From positions 2,529 through 66,528 of the forward strand of contig CAJUHO010000003.1 in assembly GCA_910586195.1 (NCBI GenBank): a stretch of DNA of 64,000 bases, in the 5' to 3' direction. Made by a program: the position numbers and the translations under genes. The notes under the pieces are model-generated. The model ran no database searches. It was given only the letters and a program-made list of their open reading frames with translations, and was not told where the DNA came from. This document shows positions 1-10,752 of the stretch, in pieces. Within the stretch, counting starts at the first letter, position 1. Every line of letters starts with the position of its first letter. The DNA is from an uncultured Bacilli bacterium. Lineage in GTDB: Bacteria; Bacillota_I; Bacilli_A; RF39; UBA660.

Positions 1-782
1 GCAAATGCTGTATCCAAAATAGGGATAGCTAATATTAATAAAGGAACAAAGAACGATGTAAGGGCAGGTCCCTTGAATTCTAATAAGGAAATAATTGCAA
101 TAATAAAACCTTCAAATTGGGTACAATCTCCTGCAAAAATACTTGCGGGATAAAAATTATGAACCAAAAATCCTAAGGTAGATCCTAACATAATAAAAGT
201 TAAAATCATAACAAGACTACCTGTTCTCGATTGATAAAAGCCAATTATGCCAATTGTAAGATAAAAGATACAGCAAATTCCCCCACTCAGACCATCTAGA
301 CCATCTATTAAGTTGATAATATTACAACAAGCTATAATAAATAATAGTGTCAATGGATATGCCCAAATACCAAAGTCTATTGAAAATCCTAAAGCTGTAA
401 CATTATCTAATAAAATACCACCATAAAAGACAATTACAGATGAGGCAATAAACTGTCCTAAAAATTTATAGGAAGCTCTTATCGATTTAATATCATCTAC
501 AATTCCTACTAATACAATAATAAAACTACCAATTAAAATAGAATTCATCTGCAAACTTTGGTCTCCGAAAAGCATATAACCAAATAAAAAACCTAAAAAA
601 ATACCTACAGCACCCAATTTGGGAATTGTTTTTTTATGAATATGGCGATTTCCTTCATCACTTCTTGGACGATCAAGAGCATTAATGTGTATAGCAATTT
701 TTTTCATAAGAGGCATTATTGCCGTTGCAAATATAAATGTTACAAAAACAATCTTACATGCACTTAGTATATCATGGCTCAT
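1..782 (-). CDS. MraY/WecA-family glycosyltransferase (TagO-like UDP-GlcNAc:undecaprenyl-P GlcNAc-1-P transferase), 3' truncated by window edge
   Basis: Manual translation from the ATG at 782 gives MSHDILSAC...; conserved IVDDIK, NLIDGLDGL and HNFYPASIF(A)GD motifs of glycosyltransferase family 4; many TM segments; runs off the window start so it is absent from the ORF track. Confidence 0.75.
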   Translation of the reverse strand, partial: MSHDILSACKIVFVTFIFATAIMPLMKKIAIHINALDRPRSDEGNRHIHKKTIPKLGAVGIFLGFLFGYMLFGDQSLQMNSILIGSFIIVLVGIVDDIKSIRASYKFLGQFIASSVIVFYGGILLDNVTALGFSIDFGIWAYPLTLLFIIACCNIINLIDGLDGLSGGICCIFYLTIGIIGFYQSRTGSLVMILTFIMLGSTLGFLVHNFYPASIFAGDCTQFEGFIIAIISLLEFKGPALTSFFVPLLILAIPILDTAF

Positions 783-894
783 CACTCTACCTCATTTCTA
801 CTTAAATTATAAACAATATTTTAATAATTGGCAATCACTATACTAAATTTGCAAAAAAAATATAGAATTTATAAAAAATTCTATGTCTTATTCA

Positions 895-1887
895 TTAATT
901 ATCTTCTAATCTTCCTATATTTTCTAATAAAACACCAGTTCCCTCTACTACGCAAGTTAGTGGAGTGTCTGCTATAAAGACTGGAACTTCTAACTCTTTT
1001 GTCAATAATTCTGGTAGACCTTGTAACATAGCACCACCGCCTGTTAAGATAATACCTTTATCCACAATATCAGCTGATAACTCTGGTGGTGTTTGTTCTA
1101 ATACATTAGTTGTAGCCTTTATGATTTCATAAATACTATCATGTAATGCTTCTTCAATTTCTGGCTGCTTTATTGTTATGGTATGAGGCAATCCTGTAAT
1201 TAAGTTTCTTCCTCTTACTTCCATCGTTTCTTCTTCCTTGGGGTCACAAATATTAGCAAAATTAATCTTAATATCTTCTGCTGTTCTATCCCCAATTAAT
1301 AATTTATATTTTTCCTTTATAAATTTAATAATATCTTGATCAAATACATTTCCCGCCACACGTACTGAAATTGAATTCACAATATCATCTAATGATAAAA
1401 TAGCGATATCTGTCGTTCCTCCACCAATATCTATTACCATATTAGCACTTGGCTTCGAAATATCCATTCCTGCTCCTACTGCGGCTACTTTAGGCTCTTC
1501 TTCGATATAGACCTTACGTGCACCTGTTCTCTCTGCTGCTTCTTTTATTGCATTTTTCTCAACTGGTGTTACATTGGTAGGACAACATATTAAAATTCGT
1601 GGCCTAGAAAATAGAGATCTCGCTTTTATTTTTTTGATAAAGGTATTTAGCATAATTTCAGTGATTTCAAAATCAGCAATCACACCATCTTTCATTGGTT
1701 TAATTGCCTTTACTTTACCAGGTGTTCTTCCTAACATTTCGTTTGCTTCTGTTCCAACAGCTATCACCTTTTTACTATCAGTATCAATGGCTACTATACT
1801 TGGTTCATTAAGTACTATCCCTTGCCCTTTAATATAAATTAATACATTAGCCGTCCCCAAATCTATTCCAATATCTTTTGCTAACAC
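895..1887 (-). CDS. mbl: rod-shape determining actin homolog MreB/Mbl
   Basis: IGIDLGTANV N-terminus, DIGGGTTD and LTGGGA actin-fold motifs; adjacent to spoIIID as in Bacillus. Confidence 0.93.
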   Translation of the reverse strand: MLAKDIGIDLGTANVLIYIKGQGIVLNEPSIVAIDTDSKKVIAVGTEANEMLGRTPGKVKAIKPMKDGVIADFEITEIMLNTFIKKIKARSLFSRPRILICCPTNVTPVEKNAIKEAAERTGARKVYIEEEPKVAAVGAGMDISKPSANMVIDIGGGTTDIAILSLDDIVNSISVRVAGNVFDQDIIKFIKEKYKLLIGDRTAEDIKINFANICDPKEEETMEVRGRNLITGLPHTITIKQPEIEEALHDSIYEIIKATTNVLEQTPPELSADIVDKGIILTGGGAMLQGLPELLTKELEVPVFIADTPLTCVVEGTGVLLENIGRLEDN

Positions 1888-1938
1888 TTTATCACTTCCT
1901 TTTCCTAAACATTATTATTTTACCATAAAAACGTGATT

Positions 1939-2199
1939 TTATTTTATTTTTTTAATATTTTGATACTTTTTTTTCGTAGATTCTCCTCCTTTTAAATGCC
2001 TTACATTAATATGCTCATGAAAAACCTTTTGAACTTTATCATATAATTGTGAATCAATTATTTTTAAACGAATATGCATATCTTTATGAATTGTACTTTT
2101 TCCAATATTTAATTTTTTTTCTAATTCTCTTAACGTATAATTGGATTCTATTATTAGTTTGGCTTCTTGCAATGTCCTTAATTTTATTTTATCCTCCAT
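1939..2199 (-). CDS. spoIIID: sporulation transcriptional regulator SpoIIID
   Basis: 86 aa; IGKSTIHKD HTH and C-terminal RHLKGGESTKKKY match SpoIIID; spoIIID-mbl synteny. Confidence 0.8.
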   Translation of the reverse strand: MEDKIKLRTLQEAKLIIESNYTLRELEKKLNIGKSTIHKDMHIRLKIIDSQLYDKVQKVFHEHINVRHLKGGESTKKKYQNIKKIK

Positions 2200-2259
2200 A
2201 TATACCTTCTTTCTAGTAAAGTATATAAAAGGATAATTAAAAATATGAAAAAAAGAAGA

Positions 2260-2895
2260 TTATTCTTCTTTTGAATTGATATCTTTATCAATATAATCAG
2301 CTGGATTTACGATTGCACCATTTAAATACATCTCAAAATGTAAATGATTGCCTAAATCTTTATCAATCTCATTTGTTCCACTCTTTCCAATTATCTGTCC
2401 CTGTGTTACAACATCACCTTTTTTTACACTGACTTCTGATAAGCTTTGATATACTGTAATATAGTCATTATCATGTTTCACTTCAACGGTTTTACCTAAT
2501 AAGTCATCCTCTGTTACTTTTGTAACTGTTCCATTTAATACTGTCACAACATCAAAAACTTCTCCTGCTGTATAATCTAATCCTGAATTCTGAATATAAG
2601 TATTATCATGTCTAGTAAGAGACTTTTCTTGACCTTCTGCTTCTCCTTTATAGTCATAATAATATTTACCTATTTGTACCGTCTCACTTGTAAATGGTTT
2701 AATAATTCTAGTAGTTTCGTTAATAACTGGTATATCTTTATTTAAAATAATACTAGAAACATAGTTGTAATTAGGAATTGTTTTTGTTTTTTTCATATCT
2801 TTTGCTGCATAATAAATTCCTATAGTAAGACCTACTACTAAAATAATATAAACACTTGGTAAAACATAGGGTTTTAACTTCAACTTTCTCTTCAT
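2260..2895 (-). CDS. membrane-anchored M23/LytM-family peptidase, SpoIIQ-like by position
   Basis: N-terminal TM segment; C-terminal LytM domain with intact HxxxD...HLHFE residues; sits upstream of spoIIID as spoIIQ does in Bacillus. Confidence 0.7.
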   Translation of the reverse strand: MKRKLKLKPYVLPSVYIILVVGLTIGIYYAAKDMKKTKTIPNYNYVSSIILNKDIPVINETTRIIKPFTSETVQIGKYYYDYKGEAEGQEKSLTRHDNTYIQNSGLDYTAGEVFDVVTVLNGTVTKVTEDDLLGKTVEVKHDNDYITVYQSLSEVSVKKGDVVTQGQIIGKSGTNEIDKDLGNHLHFEMYLNGAIVNPADYIDKDINSKEE

Positions 2896-2945
2896 AATTT
2901 CACCTCATTAAAAGTTTGTACTGAAATGAGGTAATTATACCTTTT

Positions 2946-3149
2946 TTAAACAATTTTTGAATATTCAAAAAAATCTATAATAAAATTAGTAATTAAGTAA
3001 ATTAATGCAACACCTAATAAAAAGTAAAAAACTCTTGCTTGCATTATTTTATTTTTTTTAAAAATGGCATTAATATTAACAGAATCCATGGCCCAAATCA
3101 CTATAAATGTTACAAATAAATATACAAAAAATTTAGCACTCATTCTCAT
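2946..3149 (-). CDS. small two-TM membrane protein (hypothetical)
   Basis: 67 aa ORF with two hydrophobic helices; overlaps the rpiB start by 17 nt; could be spurious in AT-rich DNA. Confidence 0.25.
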   Translation of the reverse strand: MRMSAKFFVYLFVTFIVIWAMDSVNINAIFKKNKIMQARVFYFLLGVALIYLITNFIIDFFEYSKIV

Positions 3150-3576
3150 ACCTCGTTATTTTATCTACTCTTCGTCTATGTCTTTCATCATTGATAACGT
3201 CAGCGGTAAGAAATGCATCTATATATTTTTTAATATTAGGAATTCCATCCATATAATTAAAAGTCATAACATTAGCACCATTATCATTTCTACTTAAAAT
3301 GGCATCTTCCAAAGAATTTATCTTAGCACATCTAATGCCTTTTACTTTGTTAGCTGCAATTGACATTCCTATCCCTGTTCTACAAACTAAAATACCAACC
3401 TCTGCTTCTTTTGCTACAATTTTTTCACATACCTTAAAAGCAAAGTCAGGATAATCATCTGTCTCTGTATTTTGAGTACTACAATCTATTACTATATAGT
3501 TTTTCTCTTCTAAATACTTTATTATTTCCTTTTTATATTCTACTCCACGATGATCACTGGCTATAGCTATTTTCAT
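3133..3576 (-). CDS. rpiB: ribose-5-phosphate isomerase B
   Basis: MKIAIASDHRG...CRTGIGMSIAANK motifs of RpiB/LacAB; start moved to the MKIAI methionine. Confidence 0.88.
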   Translation of the reverse strand: MKIAIASDHRGVEYKKEIIKYLEEKNYIVIDCSTQNTETDDYPDFAFKVCEKIVAKEAEVGILVCRTGIGMSIAANKVKGIRCAKINSLEDAILSRNDNGANVMTFNYMDGIPNIKKYIDAFLTADVINDERHRRRVDKITRYENEC

Positions 3577-3632
3577 AAAATCTCTCCTTACTATCATGAG
3601 TATAACACAATTATATCAAAAGAAAAACTGCA

Positions 3633-3845
3633 TTAAGCAGCTTCTTGTTCAAATCCATATTTCTTATTGAATTTATCTACACGTCCTGCACGAGATTTTC
3701 TACTTTGTTGACCAGTATAGAATGGATGACACTTAGAACATACTTCTACACTAATTTCATCTCTATTTGATTTTGTAACAAATGTTTCTCCACATGCACA
3801 TGTAACTGTACAATCCTTGTACTCTGGATGAATTCCTACTTTCAT
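3633..3845 (-). CDS. rpmE: 50S ribosomal protein L31
   Basis: MKVGIHPEY...CxxC...[10 protein letters not shown] zinc-ribbon L31 signature. Confidence 0.92.
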   Translation of the reverse strand: MKVGIHPEYKDCTVTCACGETFVTKSNRDEISVEVCSKCHPFYTGQQSRKSRAGRVDKFNKKYGFEQEAA

Positions 3846-3931
3846 TTGATTCACTCCTTCCGCCATGACAAGTTTATGTCATAGTAATTAAATGCGTTAT
3901 TAATATATCAAACTTTTTTATATTTGGCAAG

Positions 3932-4645
3932 TTAATACTCTATATTTTCTACAATTTTTTGGTAAATATACTCATATCCCTCTATGGAAGGATGAATATT
4001 AAAAGGATTCGGTAAATAATTTTGATAAGGGAAGTCTTCATACAAACTAACATAATCAATAGACATATCTATACCAATTTGTTGATATTTTTTATCCAAC
4101 TCTTTAAATAATAAATCATATTGTTCATTTTTGGGATATAAATTATAATAACCGATTAAAATAATTTTTTTATTATATTTTTGAATTTCATTGATTAATT
4201 CTATTAAGTTATCTCCCACTCCGTTGACAATATCTCTATATTTTTTCTCTACCATTACTTCACTCATAATATTTACTTGACTTATAATATCGTTAGCGCC
4301 AATGGAAAGTGTAATAATATCAGAATCTCTCAAACTACTTTTAATACCGATTGTCTCTCCGTTAATATACACTTTTTTATTTAATAGTATATCCTGATAC
4401 ACATCCTTTATTCTGGCATCTGTTGCTGCAAATTTTTTAGTATATAATTTTAAATTGTGATTTTCTGCTAAATAGTTTGATAAATAATCACTATAACCAT
4501 AGGCAACTTCTCCATAAGGATTTTCTCCTAAAGCAAAGGAATCTCCTAAAGCCAAATATGTAATATTGTCTGTTGGAACATAAGTGTAGATTAAATATAC
4601 AGTAATACAGACTATTACACAAAAAATTAGTTTTATATGTTTCAT
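3932..4645 (-). CDS. SGNH/GDSL-family hydrolase with N-terminal signal/TM
   Basis: GDSFALG block I motif; GANDI block; C-terminal catalytic His region. Confidence 0.7.
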   Translation of the reverse strand: MKHIKLIFCVIVCITVYLIYTYVPTDNITYLALGDSFALGENPYGEVAYGYSDYLSNYLAENHNLKLYTKKFAATDARIKDVYQDILLNKKVYINGETIGIKSSLRDSDIITLSIGANDIISQVNIMSEVMVEKKYRDIVNGVGDNLIELINEIQKYNKKIILIGYYNLYPKNEQYDLLFKELDKKYQQIGIDMSIDYVSLYEDFPYQNYLPNPFNIHPSIEGYEYIYQKIVENIEY

Positions 4646-4675
4646 AGTGCCTCCAAAAAAAGAGAGTATATAAGA

Positions 4676-5929
4676 TTATATTTCTTTACTCTCTATTTTA
4701 GCACCGACGCTTGTAAGTTTTTCTACAATTTGTTCATAACCTCTTAAAATATGTTCAATATTGGTAATAGTTGTTTTGCCACTGGCAATTAAGCCTGCTG
4801 CTACCATCGCCGCTCCTGCTCTCAAATCTGTTGCTTTTACTCTTGTCCCAATCAATTCTGTTGGACCATAAATTGTAGCTGATTGAGATGATAAAGATAT
4901 TTCTGCTCCCATAGCTTGTAAATATGGTAAATGCATAAAACGATTTTCCCAAATTGTCTCTGTTACTTTGCTTTTTCCACTACATTGTGTTAGCAATACA
5001 GAAAATGGTTGCTGTAAGTCTGTTGGGAATCCAGGATAGACTAAGGTTTTTAAATTAGTAGCATGATATGAGTCTTTTTTACTAATGATAATATAATCAT
5101 CCCCTATATCCATATCTGCACCAATTTCCTGTAACTTGGAAATTAAAGAATCAATATGTTCTGGAATAATATTATCAATTTTTAAAATTTTTCCGCATAA
5201 AGCACCTATAATTAAGTAAGTTCCTGCTTCTATTCTATCTGGAATCACCTCATGAAAACAACCATGTAATTCTTCTACACCCGTAATTTTAATTGTTGAT
5301 GTTCCAGCACCTGTGATTTTTGCTCCCATATTGTTTAAAAGTGTGGCCACATTTACAATCTCAGGCTCTTTTGCTGCATTATCAATCTCTGTTATTCCTT
5401 CTGCACGTACAGCTGCTAACATTATATTAATCGTAGCACCTACACTTGCAATATCCAAATAAATATTATTTCCTCTTAAATGTTGTGCCCGTACTGTATA
5501 TTTATTTCCTTCATTAGTAACAGTAGCACCTAAAGCTTCAAATCCTTTTAGATGCAAATCAATTGGACGTTCTCCAATAGAACAGCCACCAGGAAAATAC
5601 ATCGTTACCTCTTTATATTTTCCTAATAATGCTCCCATAAAATAATATGACGCTCTAAGCTTTTTAGATAATTCCTCTGGAATTGCCCTATTCTTTATTG
5701 TTTTAGGATCAATGATAATACTCTCACTGGCTCTTTTTACATTAGCACCTAAAAACTGTAAAATTTCTGTTAATGAATTGATATCTGTGATATCAGGAAT
5801 ATTACAAATTGTAACGTCCTCCATAGCTAAAAGTGCCGCAGGAATCAAGGCCACAGCACTATTTTTAGCGCCACTTACTCGAATTGTTCCACTAAGCTCT
5901 TGTTCCCCAATAATTTCTAATACTTTCAT
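4676..5929 (-). CDS. murA: UDP-N-acetylglucosamine 1-carboxyvinyltransferase
   Basis: Full-length EPSP-synthase-fold MurA with SGAKNSA and catalytic Cys loop (GGCSIGERPID); start at MKVLEI. Confidence 0.93.
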   Translation of the reverse strand: MKVLEIIGEQELSGTIRVSGAKNSAVALIPAALLAMEDVTICNIPDITDINSLTEILQFLGANVKRASESIIIDPKTIKNRAIPEELSKKLRASYYFMGALLGKYKEVTMYFPGGCSIGERPIDLHLKGFEALGATVTNEGNKYTVRAQHLRGNNIYLDIASVGATINIMLAAVRAEGITEIDNAAKEPEIVNVATLLNNMGAKITGAGTSTIKITGVEELHGCFHEVIPDRIEAGTYLIIGALCGKILKIDNIIPEHIDSLISKLQEIGADMDIGDDYIIISKKDSYHATNLKTLVYPGFPTDLQQPFSVLLTQCSGKSKVTETIWENRFMHLPYLQAMGAEISLSSQSATIYGPTELIGTRVKATDLRAGAAMVAAGLIASGKTTITNIEHILRGYEQIVEKLTSVGAKIESKEI

Positions 5930-5984
5930 ATTTAGCCTCCATATTGTCACTATATTTTATTATAAAGTCTAATTTTGTTTCCTT

Positions 5985-6833
5985 TTAACCCCTTTTTGTT
6001 TGAAATAATGTAACAATTTCTTGGATTCTCTTTTTCATAGCTATCTCTCCACTGCCAATTATTTTTCTTGGATCATACACATCTTCGTTTTCGTCTATAA
6101 ATTTTCTTAACGCCAAACTCCAAACTACCTGTAAGTCTGTATTAATATTAATTTTGGAAATCCCACAATTTATTGCCTTATTAATATCCGTAATAGGAAT
6201 TCCTGTTCCACCATGTAGCACTAATGGAATTGGCAAAGTTTCATTTATTTTTTTCATTGTCTCAAAATCTAGATTCGGCTCTCCATGATAAAAACCATGA
6301 ACACTACCTAAAGCTGGTGCAATAGAATCAATTTCTGTACTATTATATAAAGTTATACAATCTTCTAATGTTGCATTTAAACTCGTATTACTAATATTAT
6401 CTTCACTACCACCAATATGTCCTACCTCAGCTTCTACTGTAACGTCTCTATCACGAGCATATTCTACTACTTTCTTTGTCATATTGATATTTTCATCTAG
6501 TGGATACTTAGAAGCATCAATCATAACAGATGTAAAACCAGCATCAATTGCCTGTAAACAAGATGCAATACTAGAACCATGATCTAAGTGAATAGCAACA
6601 GGAATCGTAATATTTAAATCTTCCATCAGTCCTTTCACAATAGATACAACAACATGATAGCCACCCATATATTTAATAGCACCTTCACTAACACCTAAAA
6701 TTAATGGTATTTTTAGCACTTCACACTCTTCTAATATATATTTTGTCCATTCTAAATTATTAATATTAAAATGTGGTATTGCATAATGATTTTGTTTTGC
6801 ATCTAACAGCATATTTTTTGTATTTACTAACAT
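5985..6833 (-). CDS. fba: class II fructose-bisphosphate aldolase
   Basis: HLDHG, GHIGGSED and LVLHGGTG motifs; start placed at MLVNTKNMLLDAK after an AAGGGTGA RBS. Confidence 0.9.
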   Translation of the reverse strand: MLVNTKNMLLDAKQNHYAIPHFNINNLEWTKYILEECEVLKIPLILGVSEGAIKYMGGYHVVVSIVKGLMEDLNITIPVAIHLDHGSSIASCLQAIDAGFTSVMIDASKYPLDENINMTKKVVEYARDRDVTVEAEVGHIGGSEDNISNTSLNATLEDCITLYNSTEIDSIAPALGSVHGFYHGEPNLDFETMKKINETLPIPLVLHGGTGIPITDINKAINCGISKININTDLQVVWSLALRKFIDENEDVYDPRKIIGSGEIAMKKRIQEIVTLFQTKRG

Positions 6834-7057
6834 CCTTATCACCCTTAATATTACTATAGACAAGTTCAATTTTTTTGTCAAGAATATCAACAAATAAATA
6901 AAAATACAGATATTTATTTAAAAACACCTGTACTTTTTCGGTAAGTGGCCTCATTTTTTAAAACCTTATTGTAATAAAGATTTCCTAAATAATAGGAAAA
7001 TGCTAATTCTTCTTTCAACTTCTCTCACCATTATTAGTATGACGTTAGTTTTATTTT

Positions 7058-7597
7058 TTATGTAAGCATAAAATATTTTAATGATAAAATGATTAAAATC
7101 CATGCTCCTATCATGGTTGCTTTATTACTATACTTTTTACTAATGAATTTTCCTAGTTTTAATCCTAAATAAGTAAACATTGTACTGACAATACTAAAAA
7201 TTACTCCTGCTACAATAATATGTTCATGCGCTAAACTTAATACGATTCCTACTGAAAAGCTATCTAGACTCACTGTAATTGCAAAAAAGATTAAATGGTA
7301 AAATTTACTAAGCGACATTATCTTTTCTTCTTCTTTTAGGGAAGATAGCATTTCTAGTGCGATAATTAGAAAAACAGAACCTGCTATAAAATTGGCTTTA
7401 TCCACAAAAACTGTTAATAAATTAATTCCTATTAAACTACCAACATAAGGCATTAGGAAATGAAATATACCTACTAAAATGCTTAATACTATTGTTTTTT
7501 TATTGCTAATTTTATTCATTCCATATATTACTGCTAAAGAAAAAGCATCTATACTTAAACCAATAGCCATAAAAATATATAAGATTATTTTATTCAC
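7058..7597 (-). CDS. MntP/YtaF (DUF204) family membrane protein, putative Mn efflux or sporulation protein
   Basis: Two internal repeats of G(L/V)S(I/L)D(A/S)F(S)(L/V) typical of DUF204; six TM. Confidence 0.6.
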   Translation of the reverse strand: MNKIILYIFMAIGLSIDAFSLAVIYGMNKISNKKTIVLSILVGIFHFLMPYVGSLIGINLLTVFVDKANFIAGSVFLIIALEMLSSLKEEEKIMSLSKFYHLIFFAITVSLDSFSVGIVLSLAHEHIIVAGVIFSIVSTMFTYLGLKLGKFISKKYSNKATMIGAWILIILSLKYFMLT

Positions 7598-7625
7598 ACT
7601 CTCACCTTATATATTTTATTACATA

Positions 7626-8162
7626 TCAAGAATGAAAATACTTATTCATCATTTCTTTTACAAAAGATTTATATTCTACTTTCTCCAATTGCTTATTCTC
7701 TTCTGCTTCTAATAGGCAAAGAGGAGGAAATAGTACACACCAGAAATTTTTGCCTTTTCCACTGCCAAGTGTTACAACTAATGACTCATACATTCCTTCT
7801 TCATAAACAACTCCTTTATAAGTTTTCTCTGGAAAATAGTGCGTTCCATAATCTATATCAAAAGTTGTATCATTTTTATTATTCTCTAAAGTAGTCTGAA
7901 TATTTTCTCTAAATTCTGGAAGTTTTGTTTTTAGTGTTTTTCTAGATGATGTTAAATTTTCCTGTGTAAGCATCGTTTTTCTTAGTTCATGCTGTAAATT
8001 AGTAGCTACTTTTTTCTTAATATTTTGATCTTTATCACTATTACTATTTGCTATTACACGAAAACGAATAGCATCTTTTGGTATTAAAACGACATCTTCC
8101 TGTGTTGATAATGCTCCTAATGTTATTATTGCTAAAACTATTAATATAACTGTTTTTTTCAT
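7626..8162 (-). CDS. spoIIR: stage II sporulation protein R
   Basis: Signal peptide; IRFRVIANSNSDKDQ and FWCVLFPPLC motifs of the SpoIIR family. Confidence 0.78.
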   Translation of the reverse strand: MKKTVILIVLAIITLGALSTQEDVVLIPKDAIRFRVIANSNSDKDQNIKKKVATNLQHELRKTMLTQENLTSSRKTLKTKLPEFRENIQTTLENNKNDTTFDIDYGTHYFPEKTYKGVVYEEGMYESLVVTLGSGKGKNFWCVLFPPLCLLEAEENKQLEKVEYKSFVKEMMNKYFHS

Positions 8163-8264
8163 CACTATCACCTTTCAATAACATGGTGAGATAGTTTTAA
8201 TTATTTTATACACATTTTTTCTAATTTTATTTTTTCCACAAAAAAAGTGAATAATCTTATCCAC

Positions 8265-8576
8265 TTATAAATCTTTTTCTATATCAGTATAGTAAATAAT
8301 CTCTTTATTTAAAGATTTTGCAAATTCTATTTCACTTCTTGTGCTACTGCCTATATAATTATTAATATTTACTACTAAAATAGCATCAGATAATTTTATT
8401 TTTTCTTTATGCATTTTGTCTAAGGATATTACTTCTTCTTCTGTATAAACATCTTTATTATCACTAGTTGGATATATTGGTGCCAATATACAGTTTTCCC
8501 TTAATTCCATTTTTTCTGCAATATACATCATCTCTTTTTTAAATTTTAAACTCCCACAAATTGTTATAACTTTCAT
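8265..8576 (-). CDS. small Rossmann-like protein, nucleoside 2-deoxyribosyltransferase-like/DUF4406-like
   Basis: 103 aa; MKVITICGSLKF start; 4-nt overlap with prmC suggests translational coupling; family call is tentative. Confidence 0.3.
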   Translation of the reverse strand: MKVITICGSLKFKKEMMYIAEKMELRENCILAPIYPTSDNKDVYTEEEVISLDKMHKEKIKLSDAILVVNINNYIGSSTRSEIEFAKSLNKEIIYYTDIEKDL

Positions 8577-9406
8577 CTTGTTATACCTTCCTGTTTAAAA
8601 ATAAAAATCATTCTATCTTTTTCTGATAAATCTTTTTTGCAGATAACTTCAACGTTATCTAAATATTGTTGAATTAAAGATCGAATTTGATCTTGCTGAT
8701 TCATTCCTATCTCAAAAGCAATTAAACATCTTTCTTTCATGTATGGTTTAATACTACTTAATATTTTTCGATAAAAATCCAGTCCGTCTTTACCACCATA
8801 TAAAGCAATAGAAGGTTCATTATTCTTTACGATTTCTTCTATTTCTTCATCATCTCTAATATAGGGAGGATTACTGATAATAATATCATATTTTTTTTCC
8901 ACACTTTCAAACATATCACTTTGAAGAATATGGGCTTTAGAATTTAATTTTTCACAGTTTTTGTTGGCAATTTCTAACGCTTTATCACTAATATCGATTA
9001 AATCCACAGAATTTGTGGAAATTTTTTTCTCAAGAGTTAGTCCAATGACCCCACTTCCACATCCAAGGTCAATAATATCCACAGGATCTTTAAAAAACTC
9101 CTTGCTATATTTCACTGTATTCTCTACTAATTCTTCTGTTTCAAATCTTGGAATTAAAACGTTTTCATTTATTATAAATTCATTTCCATAAAAATTTACT
9201 TTTCCTAATGCATATTGCAGAGGAGTACCATTTTCTATGGCTAAAACTGCTCTTTTATAACGTTCGCATTTCTCACTATCCACAATAAAACTCAAATAGT
9301 TTAATAATTCTAATGGATTAAGTCCTAACAAATCTGCTAGTAAAATTTTTGCAAAATCTGAGTGACAATGAGCCTTTCCGTATACTAACAATTCCTCTAC
9401 TTTCAT
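8573..9406 (-). CDS. prmC: release factor glutamine N5-methyltransferase
   Basis: GCGSG SAM motif and IISNPPY (NPPY) motif; downstream of prfA. Confidence 0.9.
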   Translation of the reverse strand: MKVEELLVYGKAHCHSDFAKILLADLLGLNPLELLNYLSFIVDSEKCERYKRAVLAIENGTPLQYALGKVNFYGNEFIINENVLIPRFETEELVENTVKYSKEFFKDPVDIIDLGCGSGVIGLTLEKKISTNSVDLIDISDKALEIANKNCEKLNSKAHILQSDMFESVEKKYDIIISNPPYIRDDEEIEEIVKNNEPSIALYGGKDGLDFYRKILSSIKPYMKERCLIAFEIGMNQQDQIRSLIQQYLDNVEVICKKDLSEKDRMIFIFKQEGITR

Positions 9407-9443
9407 AACATCTCCTATTTAGTACTTAGTATTATTCTATTTC

Positions 9444-10505
9444 CTATTCTTCTTCTCCAGCAAGTTTTCTTTTTTGATCTTCTGTAATTAATGCATTTAT
9501 AATATCTTCTAAATCTCCATCCATTACACGATCTAAATTTTTGGTAGTAAAGCCAATTCTATGATCGGTTACACGATTTTGTGGATAATTGTATGTTCTA
9601 ATTTTTTCTGCACGATCTCCTGTTCCTATTTTACTACGACGAACATTCCCTTCCTTCTCTTCCATTTCTTGCTGTTTCATCTCATAAAGTCTACTTTTTA
9701 AAACTTTCATAGCTTGTTCTTTATTTTGAATTTGACTGCGCTCATTCTGACAAGTAACGACAGTATTAGTTGGGAGATGGGTAATACGTACAGCAGAGTC
9801 TGTAGTATTTACACCTTGTCCTCCACAACCACTTGAACGATAAATATCAATCCTTAAATCACTTTGCTTAATTTCAATGTCCACTTCTTCTGCTTCTGGC
9901 ATTACAAGAACAGTAGCAGTAGATGTTTGCAAGCGTCCATTGGATTCTGTTACAGGAACACGCTGTACTCTGTGAGAGCCACTTTCGTATTTAAACTTAG
10001 AATAAGCTCCCATTCCTTTAATCATAAATTCAATCTGACTGAATCCTCCTGCTTCTCCATCAATAGCATTATAAACATCACACTTAAATCCCTGCTTTTC
10101 TGCATAGCGTGTATACATACGGTATAGGTCACCTGCAAAAATATTGGCCTCATCTCCTCCAGCAGCACCACGAATTTCTACAATTACATTTTTAGAATCG
10201 TTCGGATCTTTAGGAATTAACAAAATTTCAAGTTGGGCTTCTAAAGATATTTTTTGCTCTTCTAATCCTGGAAGTTCTTCTTTGGCAATCTCCCCTAACT
10301 CTGGATCTTTTTGCATCTCTTTTGTCTCATCTATGGCAGATAATATCTTTTGATAATTTCTAAAAACTCCTACTGTCTCTTCTAACTCACTCATCTCTTT
10401 GGATAATTTTTTTGTTTTATCGATATCAGCTAGAACTTCTGATTTCGTTAATTCCTGTTCTATTTCTTGATAACGAGCTTCAATTGCTTGTAAACGTTCA
10501 ATCAT
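9444..10505 (-). CDS. prfA: peptide chain release factor 1
   Basis: GGQ motif (SGCGGQGVNTTDSAVRITHLPT); PxT-type decoding region. Confidence 0.95.
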   Translation of the reverse strand: MIERLQAIEARYQEIEQELTKSEVLADIDKTKKLSKEMSELEETVGVFRNYQKILSAIDETKEMQKDPELGEIAKEELPGLEEQKISLEAQLEILLIPKDPNDSKNVIVEIRGAAGGDEANIFAGDLYRMYTRYAEKQGFKCDVYNAIDGEAGGFSQIEFMIKGMGAYSKFKYESGSHRVQRVPVTESNGRLQTSTATVLVMPEAEEVDIEIKQSDLRIDIYRSSGCGGQGVNTTDSAVRITHLPTNTVVTCQNERSQIQNKEQAMKVLKSRLYEMKQQEMEEKEGNVRRSKIGTGDRAEKIRTYNYPQNRVTDHRIGFTTKNLDRVMDGDLEDIINALITEDQKRKLAGEEE

Positions 10506-10752
10506 ATTTTCACCTTTTTCTCTATTAATTCAATCGTATTATATCATGTATTATATGCAAAAACCAGAATTATTCGTTATGAAATTTATATCACTAAATA
10601 CTCTTCTAGATATTCACATATATCTTTATAGGATTTTATATTTTATCTTTCAAAAGTATTAATTTTAAGTGTTTAAAAAATACTATGCAATGTCATAGTA
10701 TCAAAGTATATTCTCATGAGAAAGACTAGTAACGTTGCCGTATAAGTCTTCG

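Noticed and set aside
1574-1837. 87-aa ORF antisense within mreB, and similar internal or antisense ORFs (4755-4952, 5712-5972, 8961-9191, 9864-10353, 12273-12631, 13350-14180, 39877-40179, 47016-47207, 48362-48652, 56507-57174, 59517-59747, 61609-61842)
   Set aside because: All lie wholly inside well-supported genes on the opposite strand or in another frame, lack RBSs, and have low-complexity AT-codon composition.
6766-6954. 62-aa ORF overlapping the fba 5' end
   Set aside because: Overlaps the fba N-terminal extension region in another frame; no RBS; fba start more plausibly at 6833.
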